Positions 9,465-19,092 of a stretch of 64,000 bases of DNA are shown piece by piece. Within the stretch, counting starts at the first letter, position 1, and each line of letters starts with the position of its first letter. This stretch comes from Nitrospirota bacterium (GTDB lineage Bacteria; Nitrospirota; UBA9217): positions 192,001 through 256,000 of the forward strand of contig CAWIYV010000014.1 in the NCBI GenBank assembly GCA_963840455.1, written 5' to 3'. Under the pieces are notes generated by a model that had not been told where the DNA came from, ran no database searches, and worked only from the letters and a program-made list of their open reading frames with translations. A program made the position numbers and the translations under genes.

Positions 9465-9728
9465 CTACGACTTACCTGCCCGTTTCGGACGATATGCCAT
9501 CTTCATATACCGGTCACCACGGGCAAGTTCATCGAGCATCTGGGCAAGCCGCCGTTGACGGGTCGGTTCGAGCTTTGCCCGGATGATCCAGCCGACGTAA
9601 TCGTTCTGCTGGTACGGAGGTCGCTCCCGATAGGCGCTCATGAGCTTGTTCCTGACCAGAGCAGCTCGCACGAAGGCCGGCATGGCGTGGCGCGGTCGTT
9701 CGAGGCGCGATGTCTGCGGTTTCTTCAT
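9465..9728 (-). CDS. YdeI/OmpD-associated family protein
   Basis: 'AYRERPPYQQNDYVGWIIRAKLEPTRQRRLAQMLDEL' signature. Confidence 0.85.
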   Translation of the reverse strand: MKKPQTSRLERPRHAMPAFVRAALVRNKLMSAYRERPPYQQNDYVGWIIRAKLEPTRQRRLAQMLDELARGDRYMKMAYRPKRAGKS

Positions 9729-9786
9729 GGGTCGTATTCTGCCAGATGATCAGCCCTATCGCCGGTGGTGTTCGTACGGCGATATA

Positions 9787-10832
9787 TTATTTCAGGCTCT
9801 TCCAGTATTTCTTCTGGCGGGCGATGATGCTCTGGATGACGCGCTCGGCAGCGGGCGAGTCCATGACGGGCACGGCCCGGGCCGGTCCGGTTAGCGCCTG
9901 AAGGACCGAGCGCACGCCTTCGCGCAGGCCGTCGGGATTGTACCCGCCTTCGAGGGTGAGCAGGACCTTGCCGTTGCAGGTGGCGTTGGCGATGGCGCGG
10001 ACCAGTGAAGGCAATGTTCCCGAACCCGTCGCCGGTCACTTCCATGCCGCCGAGCGGGTCTTTGACATAGGGGTCGAACCCGGCCGAGACGAGCACCAGT
10101 TCCGGCTTGTACTCTAGGGCAATGGGCCTCAGGATGCGTTCATACACGGCGAGGTATTCCGCATCGCCGAAGCCAGACGGGAAGGGTGCGTTCACCGTGA
10201 AGCCTTCGCCCTTGCCGCTGCCGACCTCGTCGAAGCTCCCGGTCCCGGGGTAGTGAGGATACTGGTGGGAGGAAAAGAACAGGACATCCTTGCGGTCATA
10301 AAAGGCCTTCTGGGTGCCGTTCCCGTGGTGGAGGTCCCAGTCCACGATCAGGATGCGCTTCAGGCCATGCTTCTCGATGGCATATTCAGCCGCTATAGCG
10401 ATGTTGTTGAACAGGCAGAAGCCCATGCCGCGGTTGGGCTCGGCGTGGTGGCCAGGAGGGCGGACGAAGGCAAATACCGATTGCGGATTGCGGGTTGCGG
10501 ATTTCGGATTGAGGATCCTGTCAACAGCCTCAAGCAGGCCGCCGGCGGCAAGGCGGGCGATCTCGTATGACCGGGCCGAGAGGCCGGTATCAGCGTCGAG
10601 GCGGGAGAAGGCCCTGCCTTCGGTGTTCGCCACGGTCTGGATGTAGAAGGGATCGTGGACCGACGCATAGCTCGTCCTCAGTGGCGAGACGCGGTTCGAT
10701 GAGGGGCAGGCCGCTGAACTCCTTCGCGATAAGGTCGTGGATCACGCGGAGCCGGTTCGGGCTCTCCGGGTGGCCCTCACCGGCAATGTGCTCCAGGTAC
10801 CGGTCGTCTTTGATGATGGCGAGGGAGCTCAT
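9787..10832 (-). CDS. Histone deacetylase/AcuC family protein, split by two +1 frameshifts (~10667, ~10009)
   Basis: 'GHPESPNRL', 'RPPGHHA', 'GFCLFNN', 'DWDLHHGNGTQ', 'SAGFD' and 'LEGGY' spread over three ORFs. Confidence 0.9.
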
Positions 10833-10919
10833 AGTTCTGAAGGGGTGACGCGGAGACGCGGCGAGAAATCTTTCTTGCTGGTACGCCTTGTCCCTTCTCC
10901 CTGTCCCCGTGTCCCCGCG

Positions 10920-11393
10920 TCAGCTCTTTTCCAGCGACTCGATGAATTTCTGGAGCGCCGGCGGGGTCGGCAGTTTCTTTGGAACCGCGGTGCCCGGCGC
11001 ACAAACGGTCAGTACCTTGGTCAGCAGGTCCTTGACGCCGAACTCGAGGACCTCCCGGGCGATCTTCGGCGTCACACCGTCCAGGAGCATGCTCTCGCGG
11101 TACCAGCCTTCTCCCCGCGGGGAAAGGAGCATGCATTCACCATAGTGGAGCGGCCGGGAGGTCGCGCCTTTCTTCAGCGCGATGGCCGAGATGTCCGCCC
11201 GCAGGAGCTGGAGACCCTTGAACGCGGGGTTCGAACAGATGCCGCTTGTCCCGCGGCAAAGGGGATCGAACTTCCTGATGTCGATCCCGCAGCACAGCGC
11301 GTACGCCTTCGGCCCGTGCTCCGGCGCCTGACGGATGATGATGTACAGGTAGTCGTTCTTGTACTCGTAGGAGGCGACACGCGTGATGGCCAC
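10920..11393 (-). CDS. Cys-rich hypothetical protein (paralog A)
   Basis: Aligns end to end with 11467-12000; RBS GAAAGGCGG. Confidence 0.8.
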   Translation of the reverse strand: MAITRVASYEYKNDYLYIIIRQAPEHGPKAYALCCGIDIRKFDPLCRGTSGICSNPAFKGLQLLRADISAIALKKGATSRPLHYGECMLLSPRGEGWYRESMLLDGVTPKIAREVLEFGVKDLLTKVLTVCAPGTAVPKKLPTPPALQKFIESLEKS

Positions 11394-11466
11394 GATCTGT
11401 TGACCGCCTTTCAGTGAGGAAGGGAACGGTTTTCGGGGTGCTGCGCCTCAGGAGGATCTCCGGGCG

Positions 11467-12000
11467 CTACCGGCTGCCCTGGGGCTTTGCGATCGGCGGC
11501 GGGGCGGCCTCCCGGTAGTTCTTCACATTGAGCTTATCCAGGAACTTCTGCATTGCAGGCGAGGTCGGAAGCTTGGCCGGGACCCTGGCATCGGGGGCGC
11601 AGACCGTCAGGACCGTCTTGACGAGGTCCAGAACGCTGAACTCCAGGATCTTTTTGATATCCTTCGGTGACGCTTGCTCGATCAGGAGGGGGGTCTCACG
11701 ATACCATCCGTTGCCCACCGGCGGCGTGATAGAGCCGCACGGGAACTGCTCCGCATTTTTCGAACTGAGACCCAGCTTAAGGACGAACGAGGAGACGTCG
11801 GCCCGCAGCTGCTGGAGGCCCTTGAACGCCGGGTTCGAGCAGATCCCCGCTTTCCCCCAGCAGATAGGATCGAAACGCGGCATGTTGATGCCGCAGCAGA
11901 GAACATAGGCCTGCGCTCCCAGTTCCGGCGCCTGGCGCAGGATGATGTAGTAGTAATCGTTCTTGTGCTCGTACGATGCGACGCGCTGCATGGCTGACAT
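11467..12000 (-). CDS. Cys-rich hypothetical protein (paralog B)
   Basis: Shares 'RVASYE.KNDY', 'LCCGI..FDP.C.G..GICSNPAFKGLQ.LRAD' and 'GWYRE' with paralog A. Confidence 0.8.
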   Translation of the reverse strand: MSAMQRVASYEHKNDYYYIILRQAPELGAQAYVLCCGINMPRFDPICWGKAGICSNPAFKGLQQLRADVSSFVLKLGLSSKNAEQFPCGSITPPVGNGWYRETPLLIEQASPKDIKKILEFSVLDLVKTVLTVCAPDARVPAKLPTSPAMQKFLDKLNVKNYREAAPPPIAKPQGSR

Positions 12001-12079
12001 GATGGCTACCGCACTTCTGCTGGAATAGTGAGCGGTCCCCGCTCATGGTCGAACAGCCGGGGCCGCTGCAGGCTCATGG

Positions 12080-12421
12080 CTACTGGGCCGTCTTGGATTT
12101 GGTCGTCTTTTTCTTGGTGCTCTTGGCTGCAGGCTTCTTTTTGTCAGCAGGTTTCGCCTTGGGCTTGGCCTTGCATTCCTCCAGGGCCTTCTTGTACCTT
12201 TCCGACTCCTGGGTCCGCTCTTCGAGCCACTGGGAGAGCTTCGTATTGTCCAGCTTCAGGGCCTCCACTTCCTTGAGCGCCGCGTCGCGCTGGGTCCGTG
12301 CTTTGTTGCCGTACACGAAACTGATGATGAGAAGGATCGTGACCACTGCCGCCAGGGAGATGAAGATCAGCTTTGACTTCTGTGCCTCGTCGATGCTGCC
12401 GCGTTCCGGTCTGCTTTCCAT
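12080..12421 (-). CDS. Membrane-anchored coiled-coil protein with Lys-rich tail
   Basis: AAGGAG RBS, one TM helix, heptad region, KKKPAAKSTKKK tail. Confidence 0.75.
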   Translation of the reverse strand: MESRPERGSIDEAQKSKLIFISLAAVVTILLIISFVYGNKARTQRDAALKEVEALKLDNTKLSQWLEERTQESERYKKALEECKAKPKAKPADKKKPAAKSTKKKTTKSKTAQ

Positions 12422-12477
12422 TTTATTATCACTCCTTCTTCGAAAGATGGGTAAGTTACATGCAGGTCAAACGCTTT

Positions 12478-12570
12478 ATCACGAATGTTACGAATAAGAA
12501 CGAATAGCACGAATACTGACTTGAATAGGGCGTCATTCGTGTCATTTGTACCATTCGTGTAATTCGTGTT
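12478..12570. repeat. Inverted arrays of ~9-nt ACGAAT/ATTCGT units
   Basis: acgaatgttacgaataagaacgaatagcacgaat ... attcgtgtcatttgtaccattcgtgtaattcgtg. Confidence 0.75.
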
Positions 12571-12590
12571 AAAGAGTTTAGATCGTTGTG

Positions 12591-13103
12591 TTAGTGATAC
12601 CGCTTCACTTCGAACCGGAACAGGGTGACGGTTGTGCCCGGAGGGATGCCGGCCTTCTGCATGGCGATGCCGACCTGTTCCTCCACGGTGTCCACGCCCT
12701 CGATGTCCGGCAGAAGGAGGCCCCGCCTGCCGCCCGCCTTGACGATGACGCCGTAGCGCTTGGCGTCCAGGTCCGAGAGGCTGTTCACCTGTTCGGGAGC
12801 GGTGAGCACATCAACGGAATATTCCAGGCGCTCAAGCTCTGCGGGCCTGACCGGGCTGAACCGGGGGTCGCACGTGGCCGAGCTGATGGCGTTTCGGATG
12901 ACCTCGTTCGCGATGTCTCGTTCGCAGGGCTCGAACGTGCCGATGCATCCCCGGAGACCGCCCCGCACCTTGAGGGACACGAAGACGCCGGCTCTATCCT
13001 TCATTTCCTGCGTGAGGTCCTCGTCGCGCATGTTCAGGACCTTTCGCTCGCGAACATAGAGCTCGATGGTTTCCTTTGCAAGCTTGACGATCGGATGCAT
13101 CAC
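12591..13103 (-). CDS. amrA: AmmeMemoRadiSam system protein A (AMMECR1 domain)
   Basis: 'GVFVSLK..LRGCIGT', 'DPRF.PV', 'RRGLLLP'. Confidence 0.9.
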   Translation of the reverse strand: MMHPIVKLAKETIELYVRERKVLNMRDEDLTQEMKDRAGVFVSLKVRGGLRGCIGTFEPCERDIANEVIRNAISSATCDPRFSPVRPAELERLEYSVDVLTAPEQVNSLSDLDAKRYGVIVKAGGRRGLLLPDIEGVDTVEEQVGIAMQKAGIPPGTTVTLFRFEVKRYH

Positions 13104-14083
13104 ATCTCCCGCTGCACCACGTAGTCCGCCAGCGCCATGAGCGCCTGACGCGGGGGCGAATCAGGGAAGAGGTTGAGGGCCGCCTTGGCCTCATCGGACA
13201 GTGTCTGGGCGACCTTGAGCGCCTCATCGACGGCACCGTGCTTCGCCATGAGGCCCAGGGTGTAAGTAAGGTCGTTCTCGGTAACGGCGTCGGCCTGCAG
13301 AATGCTCCTCAGGGCTTCCTGTTCGGCCGGCTCCGCCTTGCGCATGAGATAGATCAGGGGCAGGGTGACCTTGCCTTCGTCAAGGTCCTTGCCGAGCTCC
13401 TTGCCGAGCTGCTTCTGGTCAGCCGCGTAGTCCAGCGTGTCGTCGGTGATCTGGAAGGCGAGGCCCAGCTTCTTGCCGTAGGCCGTGAGGGCGTCCTCCT
13501 GGGAAAGGGGGGCCTTGCTGATGATGGCGCCGAGTCGACAGGCCGCGGAGATGAGCACGCCGGTCTTGCACTCCACGAGCCGGAAGTAGTCCGCCTCGGC
13601 CATGTCCGCGTTCTGGATCTGCATGAGCTGCAGCACCTCGCCCTCGGACATGGTGGTGGTCGTTTCGGAGAGGACGTCCATGACCCGCTGGTTGTGAAGA
13701 CGAACGCCGTGGAACAGGGCCTTGGAGTAGAGGTAATCGCCGACGAGGATGCTTGCCTGGTTGCCCCAGATCGTGTTCGCTGAAGAGCGGCCCCGCCGGA
13801 CCTTGGCCTCATCGATCACGTCGTCATGCAGGAGCGAGGCCGTGTGGATGTATTCCACGACGCTGCCCAGAACGTACTCGCCGCTGTGTTCCCGGTACCC
13901 GCAAAGCCGGGCTGACAAGAGGTGCAGGAGCGGCCGGAAACGCTTGCCGCCGGCCCCCAGGATGTATTTGCTGACCTGGCGGATGAGCGGCACATCGGTG
14001 CCCAGGCTCTCATGGATCCGCGACTCCATGCGCTCCATGTCGGATTTGTATTCCTTGAGGATGTCCTGAAGGGTCGTGATCAT
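13100..14083 (-). CDS. ispB: Polyprenyl (octaprenyl-type) diphosphate synthase
   Basis: 'GGKRFRP', FARM '[11 protein letters not shown]', SARM 'FQITDDTLD'. Confidence 0.9.
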   Translation of the reverse strand: MITTLQDILKEYKSDMERMESRIHESLGTDVPLIRQVSKYILGAGGKRFRPLLHLLSARLCGYREHSGEYVLGSVVEYIHTASLLHDDVIDEAKVRRGRSSANTIWGNQASILVGDYLYSKALFHGVRLHNQRVMDVLSETTTTMSEGEVLQLMQIQNADMAEADYFRLVECKTGVLISAACRLGAIISKAPLSQEDALTAYGKKLGLAFQITDDTLDYAADQKQLGKELGKDLDEGKVTLPLIYLMRKAEPAEQEALRSILQADAVTENDLTYTLGLMAKHGAVDEALKVAQTLSDEAKAALNLFPDSPPRQALMALADYVVQREM

Positions 14084-14112
14084 CGAGGTGTTCCCAGGGG
14101 AAAACTGCTTGA

Positions 14113-14141
14113 ATAATAGGGGAGAATCCGAGGAAAGTCAA
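14113..14141 (-). promoter_or_regulatory. Sigma70-type promoter of ispB-amrA
   Basis: TTGACT-17 bp-TATTAT. Confidence 0.55.
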
Positions 14142-14348
14142 GGGATTTGGGGTGGACATCTGCACACCAGGCGGCGTCGTACTATGTCGTAATATATTGT
14201 CATACCGTTGCGGCTGCGGTATTATAAAAAAAGTATCTTCTCCTTATTGAGTGGGCAAAAAGACGGTTCTTTGTCAGTTAGAGCAGCACGTGTCTGGCTA
14301 TTGCACCTGTTTGCTGGGGATGTTTTTGCACATCCCTTTCGCGTCCTT

Positions 14349-14768
14349 AATCCAGGAGCGAGCGCATAGCGAGCGGTTAGAATAGCAACTTCCTTGAGGA
14401 TCGGAGACCCCTGCAGTGTGTTGCAGGGGGCGACAATGCCTTTCTTGACCCATCTAAGGCCACGTCCGCTCGATCGCGCAAACTCGGCCTTCGGCCTCAA
14501 ACACCCTGCACTCGCGCATGCGCACTCGTAAGCGCTGGGTGCAGGCAGTGCGCATCGCCCTGCGGGACGCGGCCTTAGGCCAAGATGGGTGCCCAAGAAA
14601 CGCATAGGTCCGCTTCAGAGACGTGCCGAGTTTGGGTAAAGCCTCAAGCTTCTGCCTCTCCCAAGGCCCCTGCATCCCAGTGAATCCAGGAGCGAGCGCT
14701 TAGCGAGCGATTAGAATAAACACTACCCTGAGGATCGAAGCTCCAAGCATTTAGCAGCTGGGAGCTTT
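14349..14768 (+). repeat. Composite palindromic element: two AATCCAGGAGCGAGCG...TGAGGATCG units flanking a long nested hairpin
   Basis: About 65 nt from 14681 are identical to the copy at ~24448; IS200/IS605-like GC hairpins. Confidence 0.8.
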
Positions 14769-15009
14769 AACAGGTCCGCGCACACGCATGCGGAAGCAAC
14801 AACAGCCAGTGCCACCACGAAGACAGGCAGACACGGCCGAGGCCGGCCGTGCCGGGCGAGGGGAAGAGCTGCTATGCCTGAAAAAGCCCGGTATCAGAAC
14901 CGGCAGTGCATGCCTGCGCGGACCTGTGAGCCGGGGTGCAGAAAAATAATCATCGCCGTGCATACTCGACCCACTTGCGAATGAGAAGACCCAAAATAAA
15001 AAAGCCATC

Positions 15010-16437
15010 ATGAACATCCTCCTGATCAGCACGAACCGGAATGCCCTGCCCATGCCGGTGATGCCCATCGGCGCCTGCATGGTGGCCGAGGCCTGCGAGC
15101 GCGCAGGCCATCGCGTCACGCTCCTGGACCTCATGTTCGAGCGGGAACCGCTCGCCGCGGTGCGGAGCGTGGCCCGGTCGTCCCGGCCCGATGTCGTGGG
15201 CTTGTCGGTGCGGAACATCGACAATAACGACATGCGGGACACGGTGTTCTTTCTCGAGGACCTCCGCACTATTGTACATGCGGTGCGTGAGCAGAGCAAC
15301 GCACCGGTTGTCCTGGGCGGCGCTGCCCTGGCGGTCATGCCTGAGGCGATCCTGCGGTTCTCGGAGGTCTCCTGCGCCGTGCTCGGCGACGGAGAGAAGG
15401 TCTTTCCCCTGCTCCTGGAGCGCATCTCCGAAGGGGAGCCGTTCGGCGATGTGCCCGGCATCGCCTATCTCGACCATGAGGGTTTTAACAGCACGCCCTG
15501 TCCCGACGGGGGCGGAAGGGCGGAATGCGGCGCGCCCGACTACGGCCGCTGGGTGAACGTCGCCGCGTACCGTTCCCAGCTTGCCACAGCGCCGCTCCAG
15601 ACCAAGCTGGGATGCGCATTCCAGTGCGTCTACTGCACCTACCGAAAGATCGAGGGGAATGGTCACCGGCTGGCCGAGCCCGCGGCCGTGGCCGATGCCG
15701 TGGCACGGCTCGCAGCATCGGGGCTCAGGGACATCGAGCTGGTGGACAGCGTGTTCAATGCTCCCTATGACCACGCCCGGGCGGTGTGCGGCGCACTGGC
15801 AGGTGCGAAGCATGGCGCGCGGCTCCAGAGCCTGGAGCTGAACCCGCGGGCATTCGACGACGAACTGGTCGCTGACATGGAACGTGCAGGGTTCGTGGGC
15901 ATGGGGCTGACGGTGGAGAGCGCGTCCGATGTCGTGCTCGCGGGCCTGCGCAAGGGCTTCACCACCAGGGAAGTGCACCATGCCGCTGACGTGGTGCGGA
16001 GGCACGACCTCCCCTGCGCCTGGATCTTTCTGCTTGGCGGGCCGGGCGAAACGCAGGAAACGGTCCGGGAGACTCTTCGCTTTGCCGAGAGCCGCACCCG
16101 GCCCCAGGATGTGGTATTCTTCAACATCGGCATTCGCGTCTATCCGGGCACGGAGCTGGAATCCATCGCCCGGCGGGAAGGAGTCCTTACCGCTTCACCG
16201 GAGAACATGCTCTCCCCGGTGTTCTATGTATCGCCCGACGTCGATGCCGGCTGGATGATGAACGAGGTCAGGCGGTCCATGGGCAGCCACATGAACTTCA
16301 TCAATACTGACTCCATCGGGCTTTCCATCCTGCCATCGGTCCATCGCATTGCCTACCGATTGGGCGTGCGGCCGCCGTTATGGCGCCATACTCGGTTCAT
16401 CCGCAGGATCCTTCGGCTAGCGGGGATGGATGTGTGA
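15010..16437 (+). CDS. Cobalamin-binding radical SAM protein (lipid-biosynthesis type)
   Basis: N-terminal B12-binding domain ('PDVVGLSVRNIDN'), CxxxCxxC 'GCAFQCVYC', 'LLGGPGET', 'GIRVYPGT'. Confidence 0.9.
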   Translation: MNILLISTNRNALPMPVMPIGACMVAEACERAGHRVTLLDLMFEREPLAAVRSVARSSRPDVVGLSVRNIDNNDMRDTVFFLEDLRTIVHAVREQSNAPVVLGGAALAVMPEAILRFSEVSCAVLGDGEKVFPLLLERISEGEPFGDVPGIAYLDHEGFNSTPCPDGGGRAECGAPDYGRWVNVAAYRSQLATAPLQTKLGCAFQCVYCTYRKIEGNGHRLAEPAAVADAVARLAASGLRDIELVDSVFNAPYDHARAVCGALAGAKHGARLQSLELNPRAFDDELVADMERAGFVGMGLTVESASDVVLAGLRKGFTTREVHHAADVVRRHDLPCAWIFLLGGPGETQETVRETLRFAESRTRPQDVVFFNIGIRVYPGTELESIARREGVLTASPENMLSPVFYVSPDVDAGWMMNEVRRSMGSHMNFINTDSIGLSILPSVHRIAYRLGVRPPLWRHTRFIRRILRLAGMDV

Positions 16438-16472
16438 GGCAGGGTCAGGAGTCAGGGGAAGCCCAACATCCA

Positions 16473-17621
16473 ATGCTCAAAGAAAAGAACAACAATACCT
16501 CCATTGTATCCTTCGCGACCGCGGTCCCGAAGTATCACTGCGATCAAGGCTTTGCCGAAGAGTTCATGAAGAAGCACTTTGGCAACAGGCTGAACAGCCG
16601 GAGCATGGGGCTCATCCGTACCATCTTCTCCCACCCGAGCATCCAAAAGCGCCATTTTGCCATTGATGATCCGTCGTGCCTCGTGGACGAGGACCCGGAC
16701 CGCCGTATCGAACGGTTCACCGAGCAGTCCATCGAACTGTCCGCGCAAGCGATCGGGTCGGCGCTGGAGAAGGCCGGCATCGGCGTGAAGGATGTGTCGG
16801 GCATCGTGGTGAACACCTGCACGGGATACATCTGTCCGGGCATCTCGACCTACCTGATCGAGCGCCTTGGCCTGTCGCGGAGCGTCCGCGCCTTCGATAT
16901 GGTCGGGAGCGGCTGCGGCGGGGCGATCCCGAACCTCCAGGCTGCGGAATCACTTGCGAAGACCATGGGCGGCGCAGTGCTCAGCGTATCCGTCGAGATC
17001 TGCAGCGCAACGCTCCAGATGGACAATGACCTGGACCTGATCCTTTCGAACGCCCTCTTCGGCGACGGGGCTGCCGCGGCCGTGGTCCGGGACAGCCGAG
17101 AAGGATGGGAGATGGTCGCGTCGGCAGGGAGGTACGTGCCGGAACAGCGAGAGACCATCCGGTATGTCCATAAGAAGGGCCAGCTCCACAACCAGCTTTC
17201 GCTCAAGCTGCCGGAGCTCGTGAAGAAGGCCGCGGCAGAGGTCGTGGGGGAGGTGCTTTCGTCCCAGGGCCTGAGCGCAGGCGACGTGAAGCACTGGGCG
17301 CTGCACACGGGCGGGGAGAAGATCATCAATGCTGTCCGGGACGAGATCGGCATCGCCGAGGAGCGGCTGGCACCGACGCGCAAGGTCCTTTTAGAATACG
17401 GAAACATGTCGTCGCCCACTGTCTGGTTCGTGCTGGACGAGGTCCAGAAGAACGGCGTGGCTTCCGGCGACTGGTGCGTCATGGTTGCCTACGGCGCGGG
17501 CCTGTCGGCGCACGCGTATCTCCTGGGAAAGGCGATGCCGCGACAGTTTTCAGCATTAGCCCCCTTCCTCGTTTCTTATTCTTGCCATTTACTTTTCATT
17601 ATAGTATTCTCTTCCTCATAA
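16473..17621 (+). CDS. Type III polyketide synthase (chalcone synthase-like)
   Basis: Catalytic Cys 'GSGCGGA', His 'WALHTGG', Asn 'YGNMSSP', plus 'LFGDGAAA'; C-terminal tail looks extended. Confidence 0.92.
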   Translation: MLKEKNNNTSIVSFATAVPKYHCDQGFAEEFMKKHFGNRLNSRSMGLIRTIFSHPSIQKRHFAIDDPSCLVDEDPDRRIERFTEQSIELSAQAIGSALEKAGIGVKDVSGIVVNTCTGYICPGISTYLIERLGLSRSVRAFDMVGSGCGGAIPNLQAAESLAKTMGGAVLSVSVEICSATLQMDNDLDLILSNALFGDGAAAAVVRDSREGWEMVASAGRYVPEQRETIRYVHKKGQLHNQLSLKLPELVKKAAAEVVGEVLSSQGLSAGDVKHWALHTGGEKIINAVRDEIGIAEERLAPTRKVLLEYGNMSSPTVWFVLDEVQKNGVASGDWCVMVAYGAGLSAHAYLLGKAMPRQFSALAPFLVSYSCHLLFIIVFSSS

Positions 17622-17654
17622 TGAAGGCAACTTGAAGGCGAACGAGGATGCACG

Positions 17655-18131
17655 ATGCCGATCAATTCGGACAAACCGCATTTATGGAAAGCCGACGTAG
17701 CCCAGTCGATCGATTTCTATAACGACTGGTTCCTTCGCTTCGCCCCCGGCACTTACCGCAAGCAGCGCATCATCCGCACAAAAGAAGTTATCGACACCTT
17801 CGAAAAAACCTACAACCTATCCCAGATCACGCCTAATGTTCTGAAGGAAAGCCCCGGAATCCTGCCCATCCTCCGTATGGTCACTGCACCGCCCCTAGCA
17901 AGAGACCGCCTTATTGGACTTGCTCACCTCAACAAGGCAATGATCGGCGCGATGGAAGGCAGCGAAGACAAACCACCGAGACTGCCGGTCCGCATGGACA
18001 AGGCCGACCTTGATGAGGGATTGCAGCGCATAAACCGAGGATCGTTAGTTACGGTGAAATCAAGTTTTACCCAAGTGGATAGAAATAATCTCAAACCTTT
18101 TGAGATTTTTGTTCCGGCTTGTCCGGGTTAG
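17655..18131 (+). pseudogene. Truncated XamI-family type II restriction endonuclease
   Basis: N-terminus 'INSDKPHLWKADVAQSIDFYNDWFLRFAP' and 'LRMVTAPPLARDRLIGLA'; coding character fades after ~18040; no methyltransferase nearby. Confidence 0.6.
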
Positions 18132-18145
18132 GATATAATTTATCC

Positions 18146-18925
18146 ATGTCCACCACAAGGAACACCGAGAACTGCATGGTCTGCGGCGAAAAACTTGATT
18201 ACCTGCAGACTGCCGTGGACGTCTCCTGCACGTACTGCGGGGCATCCTTTCATGCGCACATCAAGTGTCCGAAGGGCCACTCTGTCTGCGATCTCTGCCA
18301 CGGCAAGGAAGCGCGCGCCCTCATCGAGGGTCTTGCCTTGAGCTCGACATCCCCGGACCCCGTGGAGATCGCCGAGTTGATGATGGCCCTTCCTCAGCTG
18401 CCCATGCTCTCATGCGACCATGCCTCTATCGCGGCTGGCGCGCTCATGGCTGCGCTCAGGAACTCGCCCTACGGATCGAAGATCGGGGAGGCGGAGGTCC
18501 GGGAGGCTTTTTCCCGGACCGGGAAGCAGGCGCACGGCGGTTATTGCGGCCTCACCGGCGTGTGCGGCGTCGCGCCGGCCATCGGCGCGGTCGTCTCGAT
18601 CTTCCTCGGCGCATGCTGCGGATCGGACCGGGAGCAAAAGATCGTGATGGAAGCGGTCACGCGGGTCTCTCAGGCCATCACGGACCTGACGGGACCAAGC
18701 TGCTGCAAGGCCTATGTGCGCGCGGCGCTTACGGTCGCGGTCCCGATGTTCTCCGAGAAGTTCGGTATCGTCCTGCCGGTGAAGAATTCGTCGGTCGTCT
18801 GCAACCACAGCGAGAAACACCCACACGGATGCCGCGAGGAGCAATGCCCATACTACCGGAAACCGTCGAAGGACCTCTTCGCCGGATCGAAGTTCGTGCC
18901 CGGAACCATTGCCTGCGTCACCTGA
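18146..18925 (+). CDS. DUF5714-type Cys-rich metal-binding protein
   Basis: CMVCG, CTYCG, CPKGH.VCD.CH, 'GGYCGLTGVCG', 'GPSCCK', C-terminal Cys cluster. Confidence 0.8.
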   Translation: MSTTRNTENCMVCGEKLDYLQTAVDVSCTYCGASFHAHIKCPKGHSVCDLCHGKEARALIEGLALSSTSPDPVEIAELMMALPQLPMLSCDHASIAAGALMAALRNSPYGSKIGEAEVREAFSRTGKQAHGGYCGLTGVCGVAPAIGAVVSIFLGACCGSDREQKIVMEAVTRVSQAITDLTGPSCCKAYVRAALTVAVPMFSEKFGIVLPVKNSSVVCNHSEKHPHGCREEQCPYYRKPSKDLFAGSKFVPGTIACVT

Positions 18926-18959
18926 AAGCCCTGAACCCGCCCCGGAGGGGCGGTTCGGG

Positions 18960-19090
18960 ATTCAAAATTCAAGATTCGATATTCAATAAAACGGCATGGA
19001 GATCCTGAGAAGCGGAATTCAAGATTTGACATTCAAAATGCCACAAGGATGAAAAGTTACGCTCTTGAATCTTGAATATTGAATCTTTAA
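18960..19090. repeat. Inverted heptamer arrays (ATTCAAG/CTTGAAT)
   Basis: ttcaaaattcaagattcgatattcaa ... tcttgaatcttgaatattgaatc. Confidence 0.75.
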
Positions 19091-19092
19091 CG

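Noticed and set aside
14222-14675. ORFs across the repeat region (also 24326-24724 and 54201-54683)
   Set aside because: Translations of palindromic repeat DNA, with no RBS or protein features
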